Positions 1 through 13,553 are shown, counted from the stretch's first letter. The stretch is 64,000 nucleotides of DNA from Octopus sinensis (GCF_006345805.1 NC_042997.1:113026001-113090000); one strand, 5' to 3'. Translations and numbers: made by a program. Notes: a model not told the origin generated them from the sequence alone.

Positions 1-859
1 GTTTGCTTAATCCACTCACTAGGCTTTGGTTGGTCTGATGCTGTTTTAGAAGGCACTTGCCCATGGTACCACGCAGTGGGACTGAACCCATAGCCATGTG
101 GTTGGATAGCAAGCTTCTTACCACACAGCCGGGCCTGTACTTGAATTAATTTTCTGTGCTCTTCACTGTGAGTTTGCTTTTAATTAAGACCCCTTGATTA
201 GTCATTGCACTATGTGTGAGAAGCCAATTTAGTGTAAGGGATTATGAAGATTACAAAAATTAAGTTGAAAGGAATTAATTTACTTTAGACTTGAAAGAGT
301 TGAGAGAGAGGAGAGCAATGAGTTGGAAGAGAGTTCCAAAGTCAGGCAGTTTGAGGGGAAAAAACTGCGACTGTAGAAATACATCCTCATTTATGGAAGC
401 CCAACATTTTGATGAAGACATTGTGGGTTTTGAGTCAGGTGAGGTGGCACAAAGTGTTCTGGAACTAAGAGAGAAAGTTCATGAGATCATTTCCTGTGGC
501 AATAACGAATAGAAAATACTAAGACTGGCAACGACAGATCAATGTAACAAGGGGATTGTGGGGCTGAAGCAAGAGAGGGATCGGTCAAATAGAGGATCCG
601 CTTCTGAACCCAGTCGTGGACATCCAAGTGACAAAATGGTACCCCTGCTCAAATATTTGCTTCTGAATTGAGTATTCCACAGGCACATGGGCCCTTTATG
701 TAATTCCCTCTGTAGAATCAGCAAAACATAATGTGACAAGCTGTCATTTAAATTAGAATTTATCACACAGGCTTCTGTACAGTTTCCTTTCACTCAAATT
801 CACTCACAATGTTTGGATCAATCCAATCTTTAATCTTTTATATTTTACTTGCTTCAGTC

Positions 860-1200
860 ATTATATTGCGACCATGCTGGGGCACTGCCTTGAAGAAGTT
901 TAGTTGAACAAGTTGACCCTGTTATTTTTTTTTTAAAGCCTGGTGCTTATTCTATCTGTCCCTTTTGCTGAACTGCTAAGTTATGGGGATGTAAACAAAC
1001 CAACATCGGTTGTCAAGCATTGGTGGGGAGCAAACACAGCCACACACATACACACATATATGATGGGTTTCTTTCAGTTTCCATCTACCAAATCCACTCA
1101 CAAGGCTCTGGAAATCCTGGGTCTATAGTAGAAGACATGTGCCCAGGCTGTCATGCAGTGGTCAGGAAGTAATTTCTTACCACACAGACATGACTGCACC
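860..1200 (-). mobile_element. SINE family 1 copy, older and diverged
   Basis: Recognisable TTTCAGTTTCCATCTACCAAATCCACTCACAAGGC core. Confidence 0.75.
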
Positions 1201-1429
1201 AAAGGCTAAAAAAAAATTGATACTTGTCCAAAATGCCATACAGTAAGATTGAACCTGTGACCCCATGGTTGTGAAGTGAACTTCTTAACCATTCATCCAT
1301 CTATACTGTGCCTGAACAGGAAGTCCTTGCTTATGGTTTGTTAATAAATGAACCAGTCCCCATAATTTACTATTTAATGATGTCACAATTTAAAGTCTTG
1401 TGCTAATGGAGGTTTACATATTCTTGTAG

Positions 1430-1570
1430 GAACAGATTAACAGAATTATCTGCAAAGAGATTTTATATGAAGACATCCTGCATCCAGTCATTTCAGACAT
1501 GTTATATGAGACTGCTCACTGGACATTGCAGTTCTATGCTCAGAAATTCTACAGGAGAGACTTAAATGAG
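1430..1570 (+). CDS. Internal exon of uncharacterised gene (47 codons)
   Basis: ttcttgtag acceptor, 141 nt open frame, GAG/gtttgt donor. Confidence 0.8.
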
Positions 1571-4500
1571 GTTTGTAAGCTCAACATTCTTTCACTAAAT
1601 ATGTAAAATCATGTCCCATCATTTACCATTTTGCTTCATCTAATAATTTCTGATTTTCTTCAGCCAACATTTACTATTTGTTAGTTAATATTGGTTTCAA
1701 ATTTTAGCACAAGGCCAGCAATTTCAGTAGGGGGCAGAATGTAAGTTGATTACATCAAGCCCAGGTATCAGGGATGTGTAACAAAAGATTTCCAGACAAT
1801 GGACATAAGATAAATTAAGAAAAATAATAAACGAGTGAAAAATGTAATGCATGTGTTTATTTGGTAAGAAAACATAGAAAATGACCGTTCCAAAATCATC
1901 ATCATCATCATCATCATTTAACGTCCGTTTTCTGTGCTTGCATGGGTTGGACGGTTTGATCGGGGTCTGAGAAGTCAGGAGGCTACATCAGGCTCAAGTC
2001 TGATCTGGCAGTGTTTCTGCAGCTGGATGCTCTTCCTAATGCCAACAACTCCATGAGTGTAGTAGGTGTTGTTTACATGCCACCAGCACGGACGCCAGTC
2101 AAGGTGGCGCTGACATTGGCCAGGTTCGGACGGTACTTTTTACGTGCCACCGGCACAGGTATCACATCTACAATTTCCATTTGATTTTATTTTGATGTTG
2201 ATGTACTTGACTCAATAGGTCTCCTCAAGCACAGCAGGTCACCCCATGATCCAAAGTAAGCACAGCAGGCCGTCCTGTGAACCATGAACTCACTTCATTT
2301 GTTGGGTCTTTGCAGTCACAGCATATCTCCAGAGGTCTCAGTCTTTCGTCATTGCCTCTGAGGCCTAACATTCGAAGGTCATGCTTGACCACCTCATCCC
2401 ATGTCTTCCTGGGTCTACCTCTACTCCGGATACCTTCAACTGTTTGGGAGTGGCACTTCTTCACACATCTCTCCTCATCCATCCATAGTACATGACCATA
2501 CCAGCACAAACGTCTCTCTTGCACACCATATCTGATGTTTCTTATGTCTACCATTTCTCTCAGGGCGCTTACACTCTGACGAGTATGCACACTGACATTA
2601 CACATCCAGCAGATCATACTAACTTCATTGCTTTCGAGCCTACGCATGTCCTCTCATAGCTGCATGCACATCTGCAATGTTTTTCTCAATTTTACTGGTT
2701 GCAGGTCTCCCAGAACGTTTGTCAATATCAACATTTTTTTGGCCATGTTGGAAACATCTGAACCGCTCGTCATACTTGTGTGCAGCTCATACACTCCTCG
2801 CCATACACTTTCTGCAACTTTGCATAGGCTTTGAAAAGCATTCACCATGACAACTTTCTCTGTCATGGTCAATGTGACAATCACACACTACACACCTTCC
2901 TTCCAAGCACTGCTGTAAACAGTGGAAGTGAGTTAGAATGTTAAAACTTAGTGCAAATGCACAGCAGACTTCAAGGTCAATCTGTGCCATGCGACTTCAC
3001 TCTGTGTGCCTTAGCTTCATTACTATGGCAACAGCCCAGATACTTATTGATCAAACCTAGTATATATATATGTATATATATATATATATCATCATCATCA
3101 TCATTGTTGTCGTTTAGTGTCTGCTTTACATGCTGGCATGGGTTGAACTGTTTGACTAAGGGCTGGCAAGCCAGAAGGCTACACAAGGTTCCAATCTGAT
3201 CTGACAAAGTTTCTACAGCTGGATGCCCTTCCTAATGCCAACCACTCCGAGAGTGTAGTGGGTGCTTTTTATGTGCCACAGGCACAGGAACCAGTCAGGT
3301 GGCACTGGCAATGACCACGCTCAAATGGTGCTTTTTGTGTGCCACCAGTACGAGTGCTAATCAGGCTGTACTGTCATTGGTCACAACAATGACTTCACTT
3401 GACTCAATAGGTCTTTGCAAGCGTAGTTTATTGCCCAATAATTGAAGGGTCCTCTTAAACGAGCCGGTTATACTGCACTGGCATATGCCACGGTTATGGC
3501 TCACTTGGTTTGCCGGGTCTTCTCAAGCACAGCACATCTCCAAGGTCTCGGTCACTTGTCATCACCTCCATGAGGCCTAACGTTCGAACACCATCCCACC
3601 TCCATTGCGCACACACACACACACACACACAAACATTCATATACCTCCCTTTTACATACACACACACAAACATTCACATACCTCCCTTTTACATACACAC
3701 ACACACACACAAAGTTGAAACGCTGTTTGATTTTTTTTTCACTGTACAACTTCCATCATCCCACTACCAAGTTTGCCATCACCCCTTCTTACCTTATTCA
3801 CCTTTCACCCCTTCCTTCCTTATTCATCTTTCACCCCTTCCTTCCTTATTCATGTATCACCCCATCCTTCCTTATTTATATATCACCCCTTCCTTCCTTA
3901 TTCACCTTTCATCCCTTCCTTCCTTATTCATCTTTCACCCCTTCCTTCCTTATTCATCTTTCATCCCTTCCTTATTCATCTATCACCCCTTCCTTCCTTA
4001 TTCATCTTTCGCCCTTTCCTTCCTTATTCATCTTTCATCCCTTCCTTCCTTATTCATCTATCACCCCTTCCTTCCTTATTCATCTGTCACCCCTTCCTTT
4101 CTCATTCATATGTTGTGATGGAAAAATGCACAAGAGTATTATTATAGTTGATGGTTGATAATCTCGAACAGTGTCTGGGGCTGAGTGAAACAAAAGAAGT
4201 CGTTATTTTGTTATGAATGCGTAACATCTTAGACTGGTTAAGACATGTGTGTGTGTGGGGGGGGGCAGTGTGACCTTTCCAGTGATAATCAAACTATGAT
4301 AATGGAACTGATATCTAGTTCTGGACAGACAGACGGGTAATTGAAAATGTTTGTCTAAAAACTTCAGACACATTAAACTAACAGTTCTCAGTTACAATTG
4401 TAAATATATTTAAGTGTTCAAATATTTATTTCATAATCAAGCAGTATTGTTCTTAAGCTGGGGAGAAAACAAGTTAGATCAGAATATCAATTGGTTTTTG

Positions 4501-4700
4501 TTATGTCATAATGGAACCTTACAAATAATAATAATAGGTGCAGAACCAATCAGTGACTTTCATGGCTTCTCATCTCAACTGATTGGAAGTGTTATCATGT
4601 ACATTGTTTATCTTGGTATAAAAGATGGACTACAGCAAATATTCTGCTCAATACCACAGATTTATAAAAGAAATGGGAATCTTAGCAAAACCTAGGTTAA

Positions 4701-4767
<67 letters not shown>

Positions 4768-5326
4768 TAATTACCCTGATGCTGTACCAGGCAGTGGCTC
4801 TCATGGTTTCTGATCTTAGCTGATTGGAAGTGTTATCATGTACATTGTTTTGTCTTGGTATAAAAGATGGGCTACAGTAAATATTCTGCTCAATACCACA
4901 GATTTACTTGTCAGTTGTTTGACCTTAACCAGTTGAGCATGTTCCTTAGTGGCTGACTATATGTGTATCTCTAATCACGAGCAGAAGTTGTGGGGGAGCA
5001 TCATAGCCATTTGTTGAGAGGGATTCTTTGGGGTTTGAATTATTTACCTCTGGAAACATGGGTGTTTCATTCAACATCCTTAAACAATCCTTATTCAGGG
5101 ACTTTTTGAGCGGGATGGGCTACTCGACCTGAAGAAAATTCTAACTGGACCCCACCTGCAAGGTCATGTGCTGTTCATCTTGGTATGAGATCACCATGTT
5201 GCGCACATATGGTTGTGATGCATGTGCCTAATGTACCCTTATCAGATGGGTAGTCATGTTGGGTATACTGGGCTTTGTATATTTTACCCCAGTGTCACTT
5301 TGATGGCATGCACTGCTCTCTTACTC

Positions 5327-5377
<51 letters not shown>

Positions 5378-8300
5378 TATTATTATTATCTTTTCTACTA
5401 AAGGCACAAGGCCTGAAATTTAGAGGAGTAGTCAATATCATCAACCCAGTACTCAACTAGTACTTATTTCATCGACCCTGAAAGAATAAAAGGCAAAATC
5501 AACCCCAGCAGGATTTGAACTCAGAATGTAAAGACGGATGAAATGCCGCTAAGCATTTTGTCCAGCAAGCTAACAATTCTAATGGCTCACCACCTTCATG
5601 ATGATAATAATAATGTAGAATATTGTGTAGAATTATCAATTCCTGGTGTAATCCTTTTGTTACCATATTTCTGTTACCTTATGACACTGCCTTTGTTTCA
5701 ATGAATTACAAAAATAATGAAGAATTTACCAAAATAACATTGTCATTTTTAAACTGGTGTCTGGAACATAAATTAAAAGAAGAATTTGATGGAAGGTTTG
5801 AATTTAAAATGAGAAGTTTGTATCATAGATACAGAGTAGTCTTAGGTGGTTTGATATTCTACTGGGTTACCCTTTAACTGTGGAAATCAGATATAATCCA
5901 TTCCAGATTTCATTACTCTTAATTCACGAATGGCAGCTTTAAATACCAATCTATCTTTTGTTAAGGAATGTCATATTTGAAATTATCTTCTGCTGAGGTA
6001 TGTTAAGTTTACTGAAAGAATGTGACTTGCAGAAAATACCAATTCTGTTTTTTGGTTGATATTTAAACATCATTACTAGAAAAATGATTAAATTTAAGGA
6101 TTAAATCTGTGGTTCTAAACTTGGGTTCATATGATCCTTGTGGGTACGTATAAGATTTTGTTGTTAAAATTAACAATTGATCTTGATTATTGGAACTGCC
6201 TTAAAATATTGAAATTTTATTCTCTCCGCCGCCATCATGAGTGCTACATCATTTGCACAATGTGGAGAATATACCACCAGCATTGCCCAAACATGCTTAA
6301 CATTAGAGCCAGAATCTATTCAGGGCTGGAACCATGTGCCATATGCTCCCCTACACAATTCTGGTTCACAATGCATAAATTCACTCCAATGCAATTTCTT
6401 TTTCTCAACGAGCCCTGCTTTATTTACCATTATCCCAAAACAAACCAAAGAAGAAAAAGATCCCATCACCTTCAAATGACACCTGGACACATTTCTTCAA
6501 GGGAGACCAGATAAGCCACCTCTACCTGGATACATCTCAGTGGACAACAACTCCCTACTTGAATTGGCCAGTATACCACAAAGTTTTACTTTAAAATAAC
6601 TTAACAGATCCCCTCAGGTGGAGCTATTAAGTTAGACATGGCCTGGGCCAATTTTTGGCCAAAACATGTACTCAAAATATTTTTACAATTTTTTTTATAC
6701 AGTTCCTAATAATATTTAATTATAAAAATATAATTTTTAAACATCGGATGGCTCTGAAGGTCCACTCAGGTAAAGTTGGCATCAAAGGGGTCCATAGATA
6801 AAAAAAAAATGGTTGAGAACCCTGGGTGGGAACAATTAAACTGTTTCAAATTTTAACCTTATAAATTCCTCAAAGTTTATTTAATACTCAGAATACTGTT
6901 TATATTTTGGTGGCACTTTCAGCTCTTCAGTGTGACTAATTTCAAGTTGGTTGATTCAATGGTTTTGGAACAACTTCTGTACCATGAGGCCCAACCAAAG
7001 AAACTCTGGACAGATTCTGAAATAGCTGAGAAAGCTCTTGATGGTAAGATACAAGCTGGATTAAAATCAATAGAGGCCCAAAGCACTCTAAAAAGTTTGG
7101 TGCTCCCCACCTATATATGTAATTCAAAATCTAAACAATAATAAACCATAAAATAAATTTCTATTTTTCAAAATGCAACAAAACTAACAGCAAGATAGAA
7201 AATAATGTTTAGTTTTGTAATACTTCCACCTTAATTATATTTGAAAAGTTTTCTCCTACTTTTTTCAAGTGCAAATTTTTTGATCAGGTCCTCACCATGA
7301 ACACATTGAAGTTAAATTTCTGGTCATATAAACCATTTTCAATATTATTTTAGCAAGTTTAACCCTTTCGTTACTGTACTTCTGTTGAGATGTTCTGTGT
7401 TTCTTTCAATTAATTTTAAATATAACAAAGAATTTAGTAAAATAACTTAGTTATCATTCAGCTAGTGTTAGGAACATAAATTGTGACTAAGGTTTGGTGG
7501 AAGATTTTAATTCAGAACTTTTGAAAACAAGACATTTGTATTACAGAGTCAGAGACAGTTTCAGGCAGGTTGGTATCGAAAGGGTTAAGAATTGTTTCTT
7601 TATTGTATATTTTAACCCTTTTGTTACCATATTTCTGTTGAGATGCTTTGTGTTTCTTTCAATTAACTTTAAATATAACAAAGAATTTAGTAAAATAACT
7701 TAGTTATCATTCCATGACAGGCTTCTTTCAGTTTCCATCTATCATATCCACTCACAAGGCTTTGGTCAGCCTGGGACTATAGCAGAAGACACTTGTTCAA
7801 AGTGCCACACAGTGGGACTGAACCCAGGACCATGTGGTTGGGAAGCAAGCTTCTTACCACACAGTCATGCCTGTACATAAATCTGTGTGTTTGAACAGAA
7901 TCTGGGTTGAATTAAATTTGGGTGTGTAGAATTTAATAAGTGTGTTATACCAATTGTGTGTGTTGTGTGTGTGTGTGTGTGCATGTGTACATGTGTTGTG
8001 TGTGTGTGTGCATGTGTATGTGTGTGTGCATGTGTGTGTATGTGTGTTGTATGTGTGTGTGTGTTGTGTGTTGTGAGTGTGTGTGTGTTGTGAGTGTGTG
8101 TGTGTGTGTGTGTTGTGTGTTGCATGTGTGTGTGTGCATGTTTGTGTGTGTGCGTGTATGTTGTATGTGTGTGCATGTTGTGTGTGTGTGTGTTTGTGTG
8201 TGTTGTGTGTTGCATGTCTGTGCACGTGTGTGTGTGCTTGTTGTGTGTCTGTGTGTGTGTATGTGTGTTATGTGTGCATGTTGTGTGTATGTGTGTGTGT

Positions 8301-8985
8301 GTGCATTGACCTAAATACGAGTGTGTCAAACTGAAACCAAGTTGTGTTCCAGCTAAATCTGTATGTGTTAAATCGATGTGTTCCATGAAATGCCGTGCAT
8401 TGACCTAAATATTTGTTAACTTAAAAATCTGTTGCAGTAAACCAGGGCACACTGACCTAAATACATGTGTTGACCCAAATATATGTGTTGCCCTGAAAAT
8501 GTGTGAAGGACGTGAATCATGTCTCTGATGAATTAAATCATCAACTGTAGGGAGAGAGAGATGGGGTGAGGGGTGAGAGAGGTCAGGAGGGAGGGAGAGG
8601 GGGTGAAGAGAAAGGGGGAGGGAGAGAGAGGTAGAGAGGGCAGGATGGAGAGAGAGAGAGGGAAGGAGAGGAGGAGAGAGGGAGAGGGAGGAAGGGAGGG
8701 AAGGAGAGAGTGTGTTGACATTATTGTAAGAGTTTAGATGCAATCAAACTGTGTAGGGTAATACAGCTGTGGTTGCATTGTTTTCTTGAGCAAACCACTT
8801 CATTTCATGTTGTCCCAGTCCACTCAGCCGTAAATGGGTCACCCTGTGATGGACAGGTGCCCCATTCAGAGGCAGTGTTGTGATCTCAGTCAGTTATACA
8901 CCCTGGGAACTGGGTAACCAGGCCTATGGGGGCCTACCACTTGAAGACCATAATGTCCAGGCAATCTACACATGGACATATGTAC

Positions 8986-9045
<60 letters not shown>

Positions 9046-10468
9046 ACACACACATGCACACAACACACACCACTATACTTTGGTTGATTTCTTATTGAGC
9101 TTTCATAACTGCAGCTATGATCCTGAATGCTGTGTTGAACCATCAATGCCACATGTTTACCACATGTGCAGTGACACAAGAATGCCAGATGTTGCGGAAT
9201 ATTCAGCTGAATGCAGTAACAGACATTGTAAGTATACCTTTGAGTTTTGTATCAATTGGATATATATTGGGTGGGTTAACACAATGACTTGCGACTGGGG
9301 TCCATATGGCCCTTAAGGAATCCACACAAGATTTTGTTGTTAAAATTTATGAGCAATAAATTAGTTAAAGACCCCTTTCAATCATGAATGACCATAGGAT
9401 GACACCTAGAAAGTTACCCGCCAAGGCACAAGTCCAGGCAAGGTTGTTTTATGGAAGACCAGCAATCGCCCATGCATACCAGCCTCCCCTCTCCACACCA
9501 CTGATGTTATCCAAGGGAAAGGCAAAGGGGCCGATACTGCTTGGCACCAGTGATGTCACAACTCATTTCTACAGCTGAGTGAACTGGTGCAACGTGAAAT
9601 AAAGTGTTTGGCTCAAGAACACGACACACAGCCCAGTCTGGGATTTGAACTCACTACCTCATGATTGTGAGCCTGATGGCTCTAACCACTGAGCCATGAA
9701 CCTTCACATAATAAACTGGTTATATTTCTACAGTGTGGTGGCGTATGGCTTAGTGGTTAGGGTGTCAGCATCATGATCGTAAGATTATGGTTTCGATTCC
9801 TGGATCGGGTGACGCGTTGTGTTCTTGAGCAAAACACTTCATTTCACGTTGCTCCAGTCCACTAGCTGGCAAAAATAAGTAATGCTGTGATGGACTGGAG
9901 TCCCGTCCAGCTGGGGAACACATATGCCATTGAAACCGGGTCCACGAGCCTGGCTAGGCTTTAAAAAGGGCGCATTTATTTTTTTTAATTATTTCTACAG
10001 TACACAAAATATATGAGCAATTTTCTATACCCTTCCTAATAATATTTAATAATAAAAATACAATAGGAGTTCTTTCTAAATATCAAATGGCCATGAGGGT
10101 CCAGTAGAATAAAACAGGAACCGAAAGGGTCCATAAGTAAAAAAAATAGTTGAGAACCCTGGATTTATACATATTTCACAACCCATCACTCCCACTTCAT
10201 TCTCGTATATACATCATTGATTAAGACATGGTTTGACTGCCACCCTCCACCAGTTGTTATGCCTTTGATCATGGATCTGCTTTAGTTGGGTCAGCTCAGG
10301 GTTAAACAGCATCTGAGTAGGAAATGGAGAAAATTGAAAGATGGAATATATTCTAAATGTTATTTATTTTATTTGCAGGCTCTGGATGTTTTAATGGAAC
10401 AACTTGTGGCCTCATTGAGTGAAGATCTCAAAGATCTAGATGATTATCAGACTGGCTCCATGCTATGA
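1430..10468 (+). CDS. Uncharacterised spliced gene, 3' part: join(1430..1570,6923..7043,9115..9227,10379..10468); 5' exons lie upstream of the window
   Basis: Four AG/GT-bounded exons with matching phases (0-0, 0-1, 1-0, 0-stop) give one open frame: EQINRIICKEILYEDILHPVISDMLYETAHWTLQFYAQKFYRRDLNE-LFSVTNFKLVDSMVLEQLLYHEAQPKKLWTDSEIAEKALD-AMILNAVLNHQCHMFTTCAVTQECQMLRNIQLNAVTDI-ALDVLMEQLVASLSEDLKDLDDYQTGSML*. Family not recognised. Confidence 0.8.
1895..2690 (-). mobile_element. 3' fragment of the same RTE LINE
   Basis: Minus ORF RRLCWYGHVLWMDEERCVKK...GRPRKTWDEVVKHDL plus 3' UTR and (ATC)n tail on + strand. Confidence 0.88.
3085..3575 (-). mobile_element. RTE 3' UTR fragment (one of many copies; others near 12820, 26170, 27120, 27470, 34440, 43650, 44850, 46200, 49970, 55110, 56740)
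   Basis: (ATC)n followed by the shared TTTCCATGCTGGCATGGGTTGGAC...GGATGCCCTTCCTAATGCCAACCACTC module matching 38400-38570 in reverse. Confidence 0.8.
3762..4105. repeat. About 26 bp pyrimidine-rich minisatellite (TCACCCCTTCCTTCCTTATTCATCTT)
   Basis: About 12 imperfect copies. Confidence 0.9.
4770..5328. mobile_element. About 560 bp repeat bracketed by (TAA)n; second copy 41968-42410, fragment 4545-4670
   Basis: Shared sequence GATGGGCTACAG...CACTGCTCTCTYACTCAATAATAAT in both copies. Confidence 0.75.
6923..7043 (+). CDS. Internal exon of uncharacterised gene (phase 0 to 1)
   Basis: cactttcag acceptor, GATG/gtaaga donor, open frame LFSVTNFKLVDSMVLEQLL...EKALD. Confidence 0.82.
7359..7710. 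mobile_element. TTAA-flanked piggyBac-type MITE plus spacer and partial second copy
   Basis: TTAACCCTTTCG...CGAAAGGGTTAA (7359-7588), 23 nt spacer, new TTAACCC at 7612. Confidence 0.8.
7945..8305. repeat. Compound (TG)n microsatellite
   Basis: Read directly. Confidence 0.95.
9115..9227 (+). CDS. Internal exon of uncharacterised gene (phase 1 to 0)
   Basis: ataactgcag acceptor, ATT/gtaagt donor; 113 nt restores the frame between its neighbours. Confidence 0.82.
9735..9985 (+). mobile_element. tRNA-derived SINE family 3 (TTCTTGAGCAAAACACTT core; about 10 copies)
   Basis: GGCGTATGGCTTAGTGGTTAG...GGTTTCGATTCC A/B boxes. Confidence 0.8.
10379..10468 (+). CDS. Terminal coding exon of uncharacterised gene
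   Basis: tttatttgcag acceptor, ALDVLMEQLVASLSEDLKDLDDYQTGSML then TGA. Confidence 0.8.
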   Translation, partial: ALDVLMEQLVASLSEDLKDLDDYQTGSML

Positions 10469-10744
10469 ATTCCAGCAGTTCATGAGATATATAAAAGACA
10501 ATGGAATACATTTATTCACGCTCTGCCTGTCCTGTGTACCATACGTGGTACAAAGGATATAATTTCCTGACATCCATGCATCGTATATAAAACTACATTT
10601 CCAATTACTTTTTGTTTCAACCTCCATAGTAACTTTGGACTTAAGAAAGGAAAGCTTCATATCACTCACAGCATTTAAAATAGGGTTTTACTACCAAAAG
10701 TCTGAAAACTTTGCTTGGACAGGCAAATGGTTAAATCAGAACCT

Positions 10745-10757
10745 GTTTATCTAGCTA

Positions 10758-10797
<40 letters not shown>

Positions 10798-10895
10798 TCT
10801 ACCTACCTGTCTATCTATCTATCTATCTGTCTGTCTGTCTGTCTGTCTATCTATTTATCTATCTATCTGTCTGTCTATCTATATATCTATCTATT

Positions 10896-10973
<78 letters not shown>

Positions 10974-10997
10974 ATCTATCTATCTGTTTGTCTATCA

Positions 10998-11049
<52 letters not shown>

Positions 11050-11092
11050 CTGTCTGTCTGTCTGCCTTTCTGTCAGACTATTTATCTATCTA

Positions 11093-11124
<32 letters not shown>

Positions 11125-11135
11125 CCTAGCTAGCG
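10745..11135. repeat. (ATCT)n/(GTCT)n microsatellite
   Basis: Read directly. Confidence 0.95.
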
Positions 11136-11329
11136 AGCTACACACACACATGACAACCAGGCTAAAGCCAACAACATGTTGTACCTATACTGTACTGCTG
11201 AATAATCCAAATTTCTTGGGGTTCCCACCATCAGCTACATCTGGTGATTACCCCAGGGCACAAAACTCTGAGCAAGAAGATATAAATTGGCCAGAAATTA
11301 AAATATATATATGTGTAGATATATATATT

Positions 11330-11860
11330 TCGTTTTTGTATTTGGTTTGCAAGATCCTTTATGTGAATTTGTGTGTTGAAGCATATTTTATTGTGTCTGG
11401 GGAGAGTCATTCTCTTTTAATGCCTAATTAATTTAACACACTCACTGGTCTGATTTGCACTCATTTACTTATTTATTTTTACTAAACTTTTCGTAAAAAT
11501 AAATTTTAGTAACAAAAGATAAGTAAATGAGTGGAAATAAGACTTGGTAAGTGTGTTAAATTAATAAGGTACTAAAAGAGAATGACTCACCCCAGATACA
11601 ATAATATATATGTGTGTGTGTCTGTATATATGAATATATATATATTCACCATGATTGACCACTAAATCCACAAATTTTTTTTTATTCTCTCTCTGTTTAT
11701 TTCCTTGTGTTCCTTTTTGTTAAAGAGCATAGGCTTGAAATGTAAGAGACTTTCTCACCTTCCCGAGCATCAAATAACGTTTACAGTGAGTTACTCTGAT
11801 ATGAGTTTGAAGCTTCAAGTAGCCGTTTTCAAGCTGAAAAATGTGTGTTTTACTGGTTGC
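11330..11860 (+). mobile_element. Repeat family B (internal inverted repeat about 11395-11605 plus degenerate hammerhead-like core 11712-11748)
   Basis: GGGAGAGTCATTCTCTTTT...AAAAGAGAATGACTCACCCC inverted pair; related minus-strand sequence at 15030-15470. Confidence 0.55.
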
Positions 11861-13344
11861 TTAAATAGCAAAAGATTTTTTTCTTACAAGTAGACATACA
11901 AAAAATTAAAAAAAAAAAAAAAATCGTGGAGGAAAATATATATATTAAAATTACAAAAGCATGTGTGAAGAAAAAGAAGAAGAAGAAGAAGAAGAAGAAG
12001 AAGAAGAAGAAGAAGAAGAAGAAGAAAAAAAAATCAGATAAAAAATACATAAATAAAAATAAAAAACAAAGATAAGAATAAAGATAAGACTAAGAGAAAT
12101 TGAGAAAGAAATGGAATATTTTGGAGTGGTCAGTATTGTTGTGTTCTTGCCAAAAGATGACCTCTGTGGTGCCTATTGATTTGAGGTCACCTATTTAGTC
12201 TTCACAGGTGGTATGGTGTACATATATATACACACATGCACACACATATGTATTTGTATAGGTGTGTATACGTCTATCCTCATCAGCATCATTGCCATTT
12301 AATGTCCGCTTTCCATGCTGGCATGGGTTGGACAGTTTGACTGAAGGCGGTGAGCTGGCAGAATCGTTAGCACGCCGAGCGAAATGCGTAGCCGTATTTT
12401 GTCTGCTGCTATGTTCTGAGTTCAAATTCCGCCGAGGTCGACTTTGCCTTTCATCCTTTGTTATGCACTGGGGGGGGGGGGCACAATGTAATCGACTTAA
12501 TCTGCTTGTCTGTCCTTGTTTGTCCCCTCTGTGTTTAGCCCCTTGTGGTTAGAAAAGAAATAGGTTTGACTGGGGACTGGCAAACCAGGTGGCTGCACCA
12601 GGCTGCAATTCAATCTGGTGAAGCTTCTACAGCTGGATGCCCTTCCTAATGCCAACCACTCTGAGAGTGCAATGGGTGCTTTTACATGTTACTAGCATAG
12701 GGGCCAATCAGACGGCACTAGCATCGACTGCACTTGAATGGTGCTTTTTGTATGGTGTTTATATGTAGATATGCATATGTGTTTGTGTGTGTGTATATAT
12801 ATGTATGTATCATCATCATCATCATTTAACATCCGTTTTCCATGCTAGCATGTGTTGGACTGGGGTCTGGGAGGCCAGGAGGCTGCAGCAGGCTCCAGTC
12901 TGATCTGGCAGCATTTCTACAGCTGCATGACCTTCCTAACGCCGACCAGTGATATTATCCAAGGGACAGGCAAAGGGGATGATACAGCTTGGCACCAGTG
13001 ATGTCGCAACTCATTTATACAGCTGAGCGAACTGGAGCAACATGAAATAAAGTTCTCTTGCTCAAGAACACAACACTCAGCCCAGTCTGGGAATCGAACT
13101 CACAACCTTACGATCGTAAGCTAAACGCTCTAACCACTGAGCCATGTGCCTTCAGTACAGGTACCACTTAGGAAAATACCCAGTACACCTTGTAAAGTGG
13201 TTTGGCATTAGGAAGGGCATCACCCAGCCATAGAAACCATGCTAAAACATGGAATCTGTCAAACCATCCAACCCATGCCAGCATGGAAAAACACGTTAAA
13301 CAATGATGATGAAGATTATGAGGTATCTGGTTTGTTGCTAGCAA

Positions 13345-13522
13345 CTCTTGTTGTTGTTGTTGTTGTTGTTGTTGTTATAGCTGTCATTGTAGCCGCTGCT
13401 GCTGTAGTTGTTTTCTGCTTTCTCATCTCCATTAAAAATCATAACCACCATGACCATCTTCATCATCATCAGCTGCAGCAGCATCATTATCACCATCATC
13501 ATCATCATCATCATCTCTCTCT

Positions 13523-13553
<31 letters not shown>

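Noticed and set aside
5907-5997. Possible extra exon of the upstream gene (ccag ... GAG/gtatgt)
   Set aside because: 91 nt with an in-frame stop in the required phase; the flanking exons join in frame without it
9735-9810. tRNA genes in the SINE heads
   Set aside because: A/B-box-like motifs are present but there is no intact cloverleaf, and each runs into SINE body sequence
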